Source: Tubiluchus corallicola (Eukaryota > Animalia > Priapulida). Taken from it: DNA of 64,000 bases. The notes below the pieces were generated by a model. That model was not told where the DNA came from. It saw nothing but the letters and a program-made list of their open reading frames with translations, and did not search any database. The position numbers and the translations under genes are program-made. Location: NCBI GenBank assembly GCA_030141605.1, contig JAQGDQ010000025.1, positions 168,907 through 232,906 on the forward strand. The letters run 5' to 3'. The first letter of the stretch is position 1, and each line of letters opens with the position of its first letter. Positions 1 to 12,900 of the stretch are shown here, piece after piece.

Positions 1-2630
1 ATAAAATTTATGGTCCTGAATGACAGAACCTCTGAAACAACGAACTAGTCTCAAATATGGACTGTGAATTAACAGGCACAGAATGAATAAAATTTATGGT
101 CCTGAATGACAGAACCTCTGAAACAATGAACTAGTCTCAAATGTGGACTGTGAATAAACAGGCACATAATGAATAAAATTTATGGTCCTGAATGACAGAA
201 CCTCTGCAACAATAAACAAGTCTCAAATATAGACTATGAAGTAACAGGCACAGAATGAATAAAATTTATGGTCCTGAATGACAGAACCTCTGAAACAATG
301 AACTAGTCTCAAATATGGACTATGAAGTAACAGGCACAGAATGAATAAAATTTACGGTCCTGAATGACAGAACCTCTGAAACAACGAACTAGTCTCAAAT
401 GTGGACTGTGAATAAACAGGCACATAATGAATAAAATTTATGGTCCTGAATGACAGAACCTCTGAAACAATGAACTAGTCTCAAATATGGACTATGAAGT
501 AACAGGCACAGAATGATTAAAATTTACGGTCCTGAATGACAGAACCTCTGAAACAACGAACTAGTCTCAAATGTGGACTGTGAATAAACAGGCACAGAAT
601 GAATAAAATTTATGGTCCTGAATGACAGAACTTCTGCAACAACGAACTAGTCTCAAATATAGACTGTGAAGTAACAGGCACAGAATGAATAAAATTTATG
701 GTCCTGAATGACAGAACTTCTGCAACAACGAACTAGTCTCAAATATAGACTATGAAGTAACAGGCACAGAATGAATAAAATTTACGGTCCTGAATGACAG
801 AACCTCTGAAACAACGAACTAGTCTCAAATGTGGACTGTGAATAAACAGGCACATAATGAATAAAATTAATGGTCCTGAATGACAGAACCTCTGAAACAA
901 TGAACTAGTCTCAAATGTGGACTGTGAATAAACAGGCACATAATGAATAAAATTAATGGTCCTGAATGCCTGAACCTCTGAAACAATGAATAAAATTTAC
1001 GGTCCTGAATGACAGAACCTCTGCAACAATGAACAAGTCTCAAATATAGACTATGAAGTAACAGGCACAGAATGATTAAAATTTACGGTCCTGAATGACA
1101 GAACCTCTGAAACAACGAACTAGTCTCAAATGTGGACTGTGAAGTAACAGGCACATAATGAATAAAATTTATGGTCCTGAATGACAGAACCTCTGAAACA
1201 ATGAACTAGTCTCAAATATAGACTATGAAGTAACAGGCACAGAATGATTAAAATTTACGGTCCTGAATGACAGAACCTCTGAAACAATGAACTAGTCTCA
1301 AATGTGGACTGTGAATAAACAGGCACATAATGAATAAAATTTATGGTCCTGAATGACAGAACCTCTGAAACAACGAACTAGTCTCAAATGTGGACTGTGA
1401 ATAAACAGGCACAGAATGATTAAAATTTACGGTCCTGAATGACAGAACCTCTGAAACAACGAACTAGTCTCAAATGTGGACTGTGAAGTAACAGGCACAT
1501 AATGAATAAAATTTATGGTCCTGAATGACAGAACTTCTGCAACAATGAACAAGTCTCAAATATAGACTATGAAGTAACAGGCACAGAATGATTAAAATTT
1601 ACGGTCCTGAATGACAGAACCTCTGAAACAACGAACTAGTCTCAAATGTGGACTGTGAATAAACAGGCACATAATGAATAAAATTTATGGTCCTGAATGA
1701 CAGAACTTCTGCAACAATGAACTAGTCTCAAATGTGGACTGTGAATAAACAGGCACATAATGAATAAAATTTATGGTCCTGAATGACAGAACCTCTGAAA
1801 CAATGAACTAGCCTCAAATATGGACTATGAAGTAACAGGCACAGAATGATTAAAATTTACGGTCCTGAATGACAGAACCTCTGAAACAACTGACAAGTAG
1901 ATTAGTCTCAAATATGGACTATGAAGTAACAAGCACAGAATGAATTCTTATTTCATGTTTTCTTTTGACTCTCTTTCCTCTGTTTTCTTTCTGCTAACTG
2001 CAACATAGCTCTTCTTTATTCTCTTCTTTTCTCATCATCTACCTTCTTTATTTCACATTTCATGGTGGCTTAACAAGGTCTCCCTTTTAGCTATCGTGTG
2101 GCAAACTTCACCACCTTAATATAGTATTTCTAGTGAGTCAGAACTTATTTTTATTTTTTGCTGTTTTCAATTATACAAGAAGTTGTACATGTATATTTGT
2201 ATTATTGTAATTTGCTAGTGAAAAAACTGAATTTGAATTTAAAATAAAATTTATGGTCCTGAATGACAGAACCTCTGAAACAACTGACAAGTAGATTAGT
2301 CTCAAATATAGACTATGAAGTAACAGGCACAGTATAAATAAAATTTATGGTCCTGAATGACAGAACCTCTGAAACGACAAACTAGTCTCAAATATGGACT
2401 ATGAAGTAACTGGCGCAGAATGGATAAAATTTGCAGATCTGATTGACGGGATCTGAATGAAATAGTTGATGAGTAGATTAGTCTCAAATATGGACTATGA
2501 CATAACAGGTACACAATAGACAAAATTTATGGTACTGAATGGCAGAACCTCTGAAATAGTTTGACGAGCAGATTAATCTTAAACATGGACTGTGAAGTAA
2601 CAAGTGCAAGATAAATAGAATCTACGGTCC
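1..2630. repeat. 86-bp tandem satellite (about 22 units to 1944, interrupted at 1945-2242, then about 4 more diverged units); continues beyond the window start
   Basis: The unit ATAAAATTTATGGTCCTGAATGACAGAACCTCTGAAACAA...CAGGCACAGAATGA recurs at 1, 87, 173 and onward. There are no unique spacers. Confidence 0.97.
1945..2242 (+). mobile_element. Dispersed repeat inserted into the satellite, probably a truncated retroelement 3' end
   Basis: Colinear with 63371-63765 (e.g. AGCTCTTCTTTATTCTC, GCAAACTTCA, TTGTATTA). Ends in a short GAATTT-GAATTT tail. Confidence 0.6.
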
Positions 2631-3205
2631 CATATAACAAGAATTTCGGCGAACATTACGAAACCTCCAAAGTATGCAAGAACATTGTGTAATTTCAAAT
2701 AATCAGTATTTAGTTTGCACTTTGAAATCACGAATTAGGACAGTGTAACCAAATACATACTTGTCCGCATAAAAATTTTGTTGGCACCTAATGCCTCTTT
2801 AGTTAAGCAAGTAGAATATTCCTGTTCAGTGTTTTAAAGAGTAGCTTAGAAGACCAAGCTGAGTTTACTAATACGTGACAGCAAGACATGCCATTATTAT
2901 GCTATAGCAAAAATTTATTGCCTCTCATAAGTTAGGTGAGTTTTGTAGGAAACAGATGATAGTGCCAGGACCATCGCTGAAGTCAGTCAACCTCGAAGAC
3001 GGCTAGAGAAAGTGCATCTCTCATACATGATGCCAAATACAAGATCATGATCCAGTGAGATCATGATGAACAAGAACTAAGCCTGTAAAGATTTTTACTA
3101 ATAATGCATAGGCATTGGTGGATTAATGAAGATGGAAGCGGCTTAATCAAGTTCAATGTCAGAAAGCCCTTTGGGGTAGCCACAGAAAAACTCTGGGTTA
3201 GACCC

Positions 3206-3310
3206 TCAGAAAATAAGATCAGCACTGGTCAGTTCTCGTGTAATGGCCTTAGCCTGGTCCATTGCTGTATCATGGAGTAACCACTCACAGGCTGCTACTT
3301 GCTGAAGAGT
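3206..3310 (-). CDS. SYNCRIP: Candidate alternative terminal exon of Syncrip
   Basis: Strong acceptor ATTATTTTTTAG at 3311. Frame 0 reads TLQQVAACEWLLHDTAMDQAKAITRELTSADLIF*, phase 1 reads DSSASSSL* and phase 2 reads RLFSK*. It lies downstream of Syncrip on the same strand. Confidence 0.7.
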   Translation of the reverse strand, partial: TLQQVAACEWLLHDTAMDQAKAITRELTSADLIF

Positions 3311-3874
3311 CTAAAAAATAATATGTGTATTAAAATATTAAATTCTGTATATTATACACACATTAATTAAACATGTTAGTAAAACGGAGGCAGCTTTTGG
3401 GGCATAATTAAAACACAAGACATCTTAAATGTATATTCAAATAATCTCAGAAAACAGTTCTTCGACGAATTGTCAAGCGTTGGCGAGCCAATTGGAAAAA
3501 CTAATAAGGGAAAATTGAGTTTGGAAAACATCCTAGTTACTGTTCATAGGAAACATGATTTTCAATATGCCATAAACCAACAACAAAGTCGCAAAGATCA
3601 ATAAAATGTGTTTTCCAGCTATATATATCCTTTCATAGAAGCACTTCAAATTCATTTTAGATGCGATACATATCTTTAAGAAAACATCTTATGACGTCTT
3701 AAGACAGGATCAATTTTGTTAAGAAGGTTTTTTTAGATGCTTCGAACAGCAAATTGGATGGGGCTTGTTTAAATGTTGGCAAGTGTTTAACTACGGTCAT
3801 TTTGCCAAGAACAGCATTATTATACCAGCAACAAGTAAGCAATTGTGTTATTAGGATTGATGATGACATGTGAG

Positions 3875-4436
3875 CAGCGGCGGCTCGTAGCTAAGATTAG
3901 TAGGGATGCTGCTTCAGAAAATTTTTACCATTGTTTTAATATCCTGTTTTAAATAATATATACTTATTTCTTCGGGATGCAAGGAGGCAATGATTAAATT
4001 ATTTAAATTTTGTGTAAAATAAAATAAACAAGAAACTATGAATTAAATAGAATAGCTGGAAGCATAATAATCATGTAATTCTACACTTTATCACATTCAA
4101 AAATATGGTACATGGTTTTTAAGCACAACACATGCTGGGTCAAAAAGAAACACTACTTGCACAACAGGGCCGGTACTGCATGAGCAACAGTACTCTCTGT
4201 CTAGCTTGCGCAGCTTCTTATCTCGGACATGTGTGCATTTCCACATGCACACAACAGCCAAACACAGCATCTGCTGTGAAGCGCGCAGGCCCACCACATG
4301 TTCTGGTTCCACACAAGGATTTATACATATGTACAAGTATAAAGAAAGAATTAAAGAAAAATGACTCATTATATTGAATGTTATCAAGTGAAAATAGGGC
4401 CAAAGTTCCACAGTGCCTGTACACGAGCCGCCACTG
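3875..4436. mobile_element. hAT-like non-autonomous element (MITE)
   Basis: 14-bp terminal inverted repeats CAGCGGCGGCTCGT / ACGAGCCGCCACTG with 1 mismatch. The TSD is not convincing. Confidence 0.7.
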
Positions 4437-4653
4437 TTTGCAAGCCAGCAAAATAATCTTCCTGTATTTTAGGACACATATGACAGGTCTCTAGAAAAAA
4501 AAGCCTGAATGAATGAATGACGGGCAATGAGCTGTGATTCATTTTGCTATTTTAAGTGCTAAGCAAAAATTCAGCATATTCCAAGGAAGTGAATCAGGCA
4601 GTTATGACATTTCTAAGATCTACAGGACACAGGAAGGTTTTATTCACATTTAC

Positions 4654-4663
4654 CTTTCTGTAC
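4654..4663 (-). CDS. SYNCRIP: Candidate 10-nt microexon of Syncrip (GTACAGAAAG)
   Basis: The minus strand reads TGTGTATTGCAG|GTACAGAAAG|GTAAAT, with a canonical acceptor and donor 10 nt apart. Confidence 0.65.
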
Positions 4664-6920
4664 CTGCAATACACATGACAGACCAAGACAAAAATTTTAA
4701 GACCATTGTATCAAATTTTCCATGACATTGGCCAAGTGCAGTATTTCTGACTATGCCTTGTCGGTAACCGTGTCGTTACAGACAGTGACAGCCTGGCTTG
4801 TGAGAGGGTGCGGCACAGTGGGCTTCTGCTGCTACATTTGGGATTTTACAAACTGACCTAATTAATTCCAGTTTAGCATACCTGTAAGATGGTCTCTATA
4901 CTATTTCGTTGTGCATGGCGCATATTTGTGAAAAAACTTCTGAAACTCGATTTGTGCGAACTCAACTTATTCTAGATACGTTCAAGTTGAATAAATTCTG
5001 GTGCAAGCATGCAAGAGTTCGTGGCTGTAGTTTAATTGGACCACAGCATAAATATGGCATCTGAGTCTCAAAATCATTATTCTGGATTAATAAAACATAG
5101 GTACAGCATAGGCAAATGTAACCAAACCTTCCCTATTATATGTTAATATACAATGCAGCACTGATAATATGAATAATGTATAAAATGGTAAGACAATAAT
5201 GAGGTGTCAGAAATGTGCCAAAAATGCTGAAAGCGTCAGTGGAATATTTTCCTACAAAACTTCTGGTAATTTCTTATGCACATTTCAAGTACTACCTCCT
5301 GCACATAAGTAGTTATATCAACGACAAGCTACACTAGACCAGGTGTTACTGACTTATAAACCACTACGCCAGCACTGAAATAATAAATGTGTTAGGATAT
5401 ATGCGTGTCATGAGCTAAATAATAATAATAAATGTGTCATGAGCTTGAATAATAAAGTACAGTTACTCTAAAATGCGTATATATGTACAAAAAGTTTAGG
5501 GCAAGGCATAAAGACATTTTGGTAGTAGGTATTTTTAGACTACTTTATCTTTTTGTGTGCAGATAAGTGAATATAAACATTCATATTATCAGCAGAACAT
5601 TGTAAAAAGTTAGTGCTACTAACACCTCTCCAAACGAATTCCTGAAAAACTACACATACTAAGGATAGTTACATCACAAACGGAGCAAACGGGAAGGAAA
5701 TAAACAGAAGCGCTTTTTGATCTCTAATCCATAACACTTTATGCAGCATATGGAAATCATGCAGCAGCATTTATGAATTTGCAATACTGTTTCAAAATGA
5801 ATTTGCAATACAGTTTCAAAATACGAACATGAACATAGCCTTTCTAACAGACAATTTTGATATTTCGTTTTTTCTAAAGTAAAACGTTTATTGTGAATAG
5901 CCAAACTGTTACAATTACATCAATTGGGAAGCGAAAAAATTTCCAACAAAATTTTTGAAACAGATCATGTGGCGCATGTAATCATAATGAATGAACAGAA
6001 ATTTCCAAACACAAATTTGAAGAGTAAATGAAAATAAAATGATGAATGATTTCAACAGGTATTTTCAAATATTGCATGTGCTTTACTAAACATCTCTGAG
6101 CTCTATTGTAAAACATCAAATTTTGACACAAATTAAGAAACCTTACTTTAAGTGCATTTACACATCGAAATACAAAGCTCTAAAATTCTAAACAGCAAAT
6201 CTAAATCACAAATTTACTCCTTTTTGTACAGAAAAACACACTATTATTAAACATGAAATTTTGAAGAACGGTTGAAGTGTATTCGCTGAAGATAAATCAC
6301 TCTGCTGGTCTGAGCCAATTTTATCCAATCTCTTGAACACTTCATGGCTGATCATAAATATTGTAACCAATTTGCCCGTTCACAATGTTTAAATATTAGC
6401 ATAAACAAGAGAAATTTATTTCTCTTAAAACTGCATACTCAACTTCTGGTTTATTTTTTGTCAATTTGTTCTTGAGAAACAAAATCACTAGCAGATTTTC
6501 ACAAAGTACAAAATAGAGGTTGATTTCCGGTTAAACTGCAGTTGAATATCTGGCCTATTTTAGCCAAATTCGTGTCTTTCTTGAAAGCCAAAATCACTGG
6601 TGATGAAGTACAAAACAATCAGCGAAAACAAGAGAAACTGCGTTCTCTCAAAACTGTGTTGAAAATCCGATTTATAATTTGCCAAAATCGCTGAAGAATG
6701 TTGAAAATCTGAACTCTTAAAAGAGTTTCACATATTTTAGTGCTGCAGTCCAATTTTGCAGTATAATTTCTTGTCGTTCTCTTTCAAAATCACTTTAGAT
6801 CATTTGATGACTAAACTTTCTGAAGACTGACTAATGCACGCTAAATTCGACGAATATGCACAGAATGAAGGAAGGGATTTATATACAAAAGGAAATGGGA
6901 AAAGAAAGGGTATCATACCA

Positions 6921-9900
6921 CTACCAGCCTCCTCCATAGCTGTCTTCGTACCATGCCCCACCTCCGCCATTGCCCAAGGGTTGTTGAGCAATTGGTGCAG
7001 TTCCCCACGACTGGTTTTTCGTAAGCCGTTTCTTTTGTTCCTGCTGACCTTGGCCGCCATCAAATTTTCGCTTACCGCCAGCACCACTGGCATTACCCCG
7101 GGCAGACCCTCGGCCACGACCTCTATTTCCTCCCCCTCTTGCTCCACGAGCTGGGCGACCGGGCCCACCTCGTCCTCCGCGAGGCATCAATGAGGGCAAG
7201 CCTCCTCCCCGAGGGCCTCTTGGTGGCATGCCACGAGGACGGGCCTACAACATAAAACAATAAAGATGCAAAAAATATGAAGCTTAAAGTTCATTGAAGT
7301 CTTTGATTGCTAAATTCATTCTACATTGAGTTACTCAAGAATAAAACTCTTACCCGTTCAGGTGCACCTCTCATACCACCTCTGACACGAGGGGGAGGGG
7401 CACCATAAGGTGGGTAGCTAGCAGGTCCACCAAAGGAATCAAAATCATCATAACCACCCGAATAGCTGAAGTCCTCATAATATGGGTCACCATATCCACC
7501 AGAATAGTCATAGTAATCATCATAGTATGCTACAAAATGAAACAAGAGAGAAACCACAGTAGTCAAAGAAATGCAGTATAAGTGAAATTACAACAAATGC
7601 TACGTTGCATCTACATTAAATACACCGCAATAACTGTACAGTAATTAATTAATATCGCAAAATAAATATAATACCTGGGGGAGGGGGAGGAGGTGGCAAT
7701 CTTCCTCCACGTCGAGGAGGACCACCCATTGGAAGCCTAGGGGGAGGACCACCATAGTAATAATCATCAAATGCTGCACCCCGTGGACCCATCATTGCCA
7801 TCATGCGACGCTCTTGCCTTTGTTCCTTTTTCTTTTTATCAGTGGGTGGCTTGGCGAGACACACTTCCATTACGGCTCCCTCCAACTCTTTCCCGTTCAT
7901 CTCTTCCATCGCCTAAGCAGACGAGTTCACAACATAAACACCATTAAACACACAAAGTAAAGAAACTGAAACATTTAAAAATATTTAGAAACGATCTCGC
8001 AAACCTTGACACAATCATCTCTGTTTTCAAAGTGAAGAAATCCGTAGTCCTTCAGCTTTTTGACTCGCTCGATATTTCCAAATTGTGAGAACGCATCTTT
8101 GAGTTTTTCTTCCGTAACTTCAGCTTTGAGATTTCTCACATAAAGGACTTTCACTTTCGACATTGTTTCAGCATCAGGTTCATCTTGGGGATCTGCCCAG
8201 TCGACTATGATGTCACAGTTCCACACCTGTGTTGCAACATAACAACAAATGAAGCATGACTGTGTCTGTGGCCAGATCACATGAAAAGGTGACACAGAAT
8301 GAAGCCTAATAAGCAAACCAACTTAAGCAGAATGTTACAGGCACTTGACTCTTTGCCCTAATAAGGCGTCCTCTAGTTAAATCACATGATAGGATGTAGC
8401 TCTAGTGTTGAGAGTTTCATGTAACCATCAGGCATTATAATAACTGATCTCATTCACCTAACTCAATTGGACACGGCAGCAATCAGTTAACATTTCAAAA
8501 AATTACCCCGAAAGAAACAACTTGCTTATTCCGTAAGAGAACATTTCGACCAGGACCACTGCTATATTCATGGAAATGCATTTTGAATTTGCTTTGAAAA
8601 ATTTTGACACACAAAACACGATGTAAGGAATAATTAACAAATTAAAAGTTCAGGAAACGGTAGAACGAAAAAACATTTTATAAAAACGTGACTGAAATGG
8701 AGGATTTTTTCTCGTCGGAATTCTTCAACAGGTCTCCTACTACTACAAGGATCTTATTATTAGTGTTTTTAAAGTAGGTGAGCATAATGTCAGTTTAGCT
8801 AGCACAGCACTACTTTCTTATAACTGGTGTCAACGCGTAAATCTCGGTTTATCAGAGAAGCAAAATTGTAATTACCCGTGTTCGTCCGGAAGACAATCGT
8901 CGCTTAGCAACAGACGCCGACTTGTGAGTATCATATTCTAAAAAGCAAAAACCTCTGTTCTTTTTCTTCTCATCTGTTGCTGCATAGACGATTACCTCTT
9001 GGAGACCAGCTGAAAGGAACATACATACACAGTTACATGTGGATACAAAAAGAAACAAAAATGAATATTATTATATCGCAAGGAACTGTGGTCTAATGGT
9101 GATGGCATTGGACTCGTAGCTCAATTAATGGCTTGAGTGTGCTGACAGTAAAAGCGTACAGGTTTCCTAATTTACTCTAAAGTAGATACAATATAACATC
9201 ATTATAGTGAACTTACTAGGGACCCAGAAAGAAGTACGCTATGCACATACACGGCTAGTCATATGTATGTGACTACTTGATGGACAAGCAAAATATTAAT
9301 AATAAAAATGTAAAAATGCACAACGTGCGGCTTCATAAGGACTTCCCGGTGATTTCAAATTCAATGAAATGTATTTTATGACTTCAATAAACCAAATATG
9401 ACTGAACGGTTTATATTAAATTGTGCGCACATGTTCAGTTGTAAGTTTACGTAACAATATGTTACATAACATTTCAGCAATATTGACAACAATATTTCTC
9501 TATTTCTGCAGATTTTGCTTCTTTTTGTTTCCTGCAAACACTCAGATTAATTTTCCACATAATATTCAGGTCAAAGTGAAGAAAACTTTGTATATCATCA
9601 CAGCATTTGCAGCACCCTTTTGGTGTTAAAAGCAGATAAATATTACGTGCTATAACTAACAAAAGCTTTGTTGAACAACGTACTATGTACTGCAAGTGCA
9701 TTCATCCAGCAGACAACTGTTCACTTATTTTTGCTTATTTTCGACTTTCTTGAATTCACTGACGGTTTTCATGAAGTACAAAATAATCAGAAAAAAACAC
9801 GAAAGTGCACTGATTTTCCTTTAAATTGCAGTTTATCTGCAACTTCAGACTAGAGCTAGAGCAAATCTAGTGTGATACCTTACTGGTGTGGCTAAAAAAT

Positions 9901-12900
9901 TTAAAATGTCACTGTTAGCATGGAATTCAGGTTATAAGCAATACTGTTATATGAACAGTCATTTTAGCAGCTTGTCCGTCGTGCAATACAATTCTGAAAT
10001 AATTTTTTTTTGTAGAAAGAATGATAAACAAAGTAAATATGGGTTAAGAACATTTTGAGGTACAAATTTAGCAATTTGCCTGCCCCCATTTTTTTCATAC
10101 ATAGCTGCGAGAATCCTATACAACATTAATTTTGTACAGCATTACACAACATTACACAGCAAATTGTTTCCACCTACTACGTTTTTCCCGCCTTATCTGT
10201 ACTCTACAGCGAATTCCTCATTCAAGTTATTTTCATAGAAACTACCAAGTGTTTTTGTTTTTTGGCTGTTTTGCTGTCAGTACACACAAGCTGTGTGGTG
10301 GATAAGTAAGTGTATCCAATGCATCATAAGAAGTGAATATAACAGCATTTTTAACAAGCAAAAATCAACGGCCCTGCCTAATCTTTTGTCTGTTTTTTTG
10401 TATTTTTGCCTTTTTAAATTAGTTCATTCGGTGCATGAGCAAGCAGAGGGGTTCAAATCTAGCATGCGGTAGCAAGAATATCATTAACACGATAGTGTCC
10501 TTGTAGCAACATGCAAATCATTTTGTCATTTTGAGTTTAGATGCCTCTTAGACAACCAGATTAATTTAAACGACACTGTACAAATCACAATTTTGTGCAA
10601 GCGGGGAATCGCTAAATGCATATGTCGACTCAGGTTAAGATACAAGACTTTGTTAATATGGAGACAAACTTTGTTTACTGGCCATGGAGCTGGTATGCAG
10701 ATGATGACTGTCCTCAAACAAATTTAACAGAATTTCCAAGAGGACTGGCATTAAATTTGCGCCCTGCATTTATACAAAGTCTTTGAGCACTTAAAATACA
10801 ATTATTATTAATTAACGACAAGTACTGAACATATATTATGCACAAGAGCATTTGTGCACAAACAAAGAATGTTTCTAGCCTACACTACTACATTCATTTT
10901 TCATTATTTATGAAAAGCCAGCATTAGCAGCTACAGCATGCCAAAAGAACGGCCCAAAAAATCCCTCTTACCTGTTAATTTGCCAAATTCTGCAAAGATT
11001 TCATCCTTGTCTTTACTTTTTGGAATATTTCCAACAAAGAGGCGTAGATTTGGAGTGCTTAAATTACATTTTAAACGCTTGCCCTTTTTAATTTCATAAT
11101 TGTCCATCTGAAAATTAAAGATTTATGTAATAAATGAAATTTTTGTGCAGACGTCAAACCAACATACCCAGTTAGGAACAAAAAGAAGCAGTTTTTGGAA
11201 ATTCTGTATTTAATGGAGTAAATGCTAATAATAAAGAGAAAGCTAATAACTTTTATATGCAGCTATTTTTCAAGAGAAATACAATTACATTTACATATTC
11301 AACAGTGAAAAGCATACAGTCCGCCATCTGGTGTTTGCAGAAGCGACACTAGAGTCAGGATAGTAGGAACCACTGATTATTTGGGTGTTCTGGTATTTAG
11401 ACAATATTTAAGATCTTGTTATTTCAAATTCAATAATATGGGACATTGCTAATAAATGAAGGGGTTTCTTATTTAGTCTTCTGTTATTAACAGTATTGTA
11501 GAAAATTTAGGATGAACTCCTATTCTACATGAAATTACCTGTTTGACTGCTTCCTGAGCATTCTCTTTTTCGCAAAAGGTGACAAAGCCGTAACCTCTAT
11601 TTAGACCAGTAGAGGGATCCATCATTAACCGCAGATCCCAAACCCTTCCACACTTTTCAAACAATGGTATAAGTTCATCCTCGAAAACTTCTTTGGGAAT
11701 TTTACCCATAAAAACCTATTGCAACATGAATCAGATAACGTGAAGTTGGACTTCATGCAAGAAAACAAAATTTTATGCTAAAGAGAGCCTAGTTGAAAAA
11801 CTAACGAAGTCATAATTCAATGACTGTAGTATATACATCTCTAATATAGATGGTTTGACAGCAACATTTGCAACACATACGGTATTAACTGTCAAAACAA
11901 ATATCCATCTATGTCAGGAAAAGGTCATGTGCAATATATAAGTTTTAGTTCAAGGACCGAAATCCTGCTCAAAACTAACAAAAACCAATGTTGCATGTAA
12001 GAATTCACTGTTTTTACTGTGTGAAATAATTTTTTTACGGCCACTATGTAGTGACACTTCAAAAGAAAAATATGAAACAAACAAATTTACGACATTGCAA
12101 CAACCTTTTGATAAAAACTAACAAAAGCTAGAAGACATTCTGTTAGCTCAACAATAAAAAACACATCACCTCGCAACCAGTAGGTGGCGGACCGTCCCAG
12201 TCTGGTGGCGGTCCACCATATTTGCGCTGACCAGTAGTGACATCTAATGTGTAGCCAGTTCTGTCAAGTATTTCCTAAAACAATAGCAAATTAACATATC
12301 ATATTAGGGAATTTGTTATCAACAATAATGAATACAATGTATAATTTTTTACAAATGTGAGGTTTCAGATTTAAAAATGTTGACAGCACTAGTATTATCA
12401 GACATATGCTTGTCAGTTAAATCATCACAAACCAACAAGAGTTTAAATTACATTAAGAACATCAAGAGAAAATGCAATTTATCATAAAAATGTACTTTTA
12501 ATTTAGTTTCGTCGGGTGCAAATTTTTTTCCTGTATTTCCCACAGCTGCATTTCTTGTCCGCCAGGATTTCAGCATGCCACAAAGGTATGCACTTTTGTT
12601 TGTAACATGGTCTAAACTCGTCTCACGGAAAAGCTTTAGCGTTTGTATCGCGCCATCTGGATTGAAATCCTTTAGAGCATCGGTTGCACGTTCATCGAGC
12701 TCTTCGTATTTCATAATTCCTGAAAACAATGAAAATCAATAAAGAATAACATCAAAGCCGAAAGGCTGACCTACGAAATCTTACCAAAAACAAACTGTGA
12801 TATCTTTACCAAAAGGTTAATTATGCAAATAAAATTGTTCACATTCACTTTCAGCCATTAACAATCATACCAATAAACACAATAAAGCATAATAGATTAT

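Noticed and set aside
1-1944. CRISPR array, or coding ORFs (739-939, 2302-2523) in the 86-bp repeat
   Set aside because: Units are contiguous with no unique spacers, the context is eukaryotic, and the ORFs are translated satellite.
6800-7193. Overlapping ORFs 6800-7168 (-) and 6834-7193 (+)
   Set aside because: Shadow frames of the GC-rich RGG exon with no domain features.
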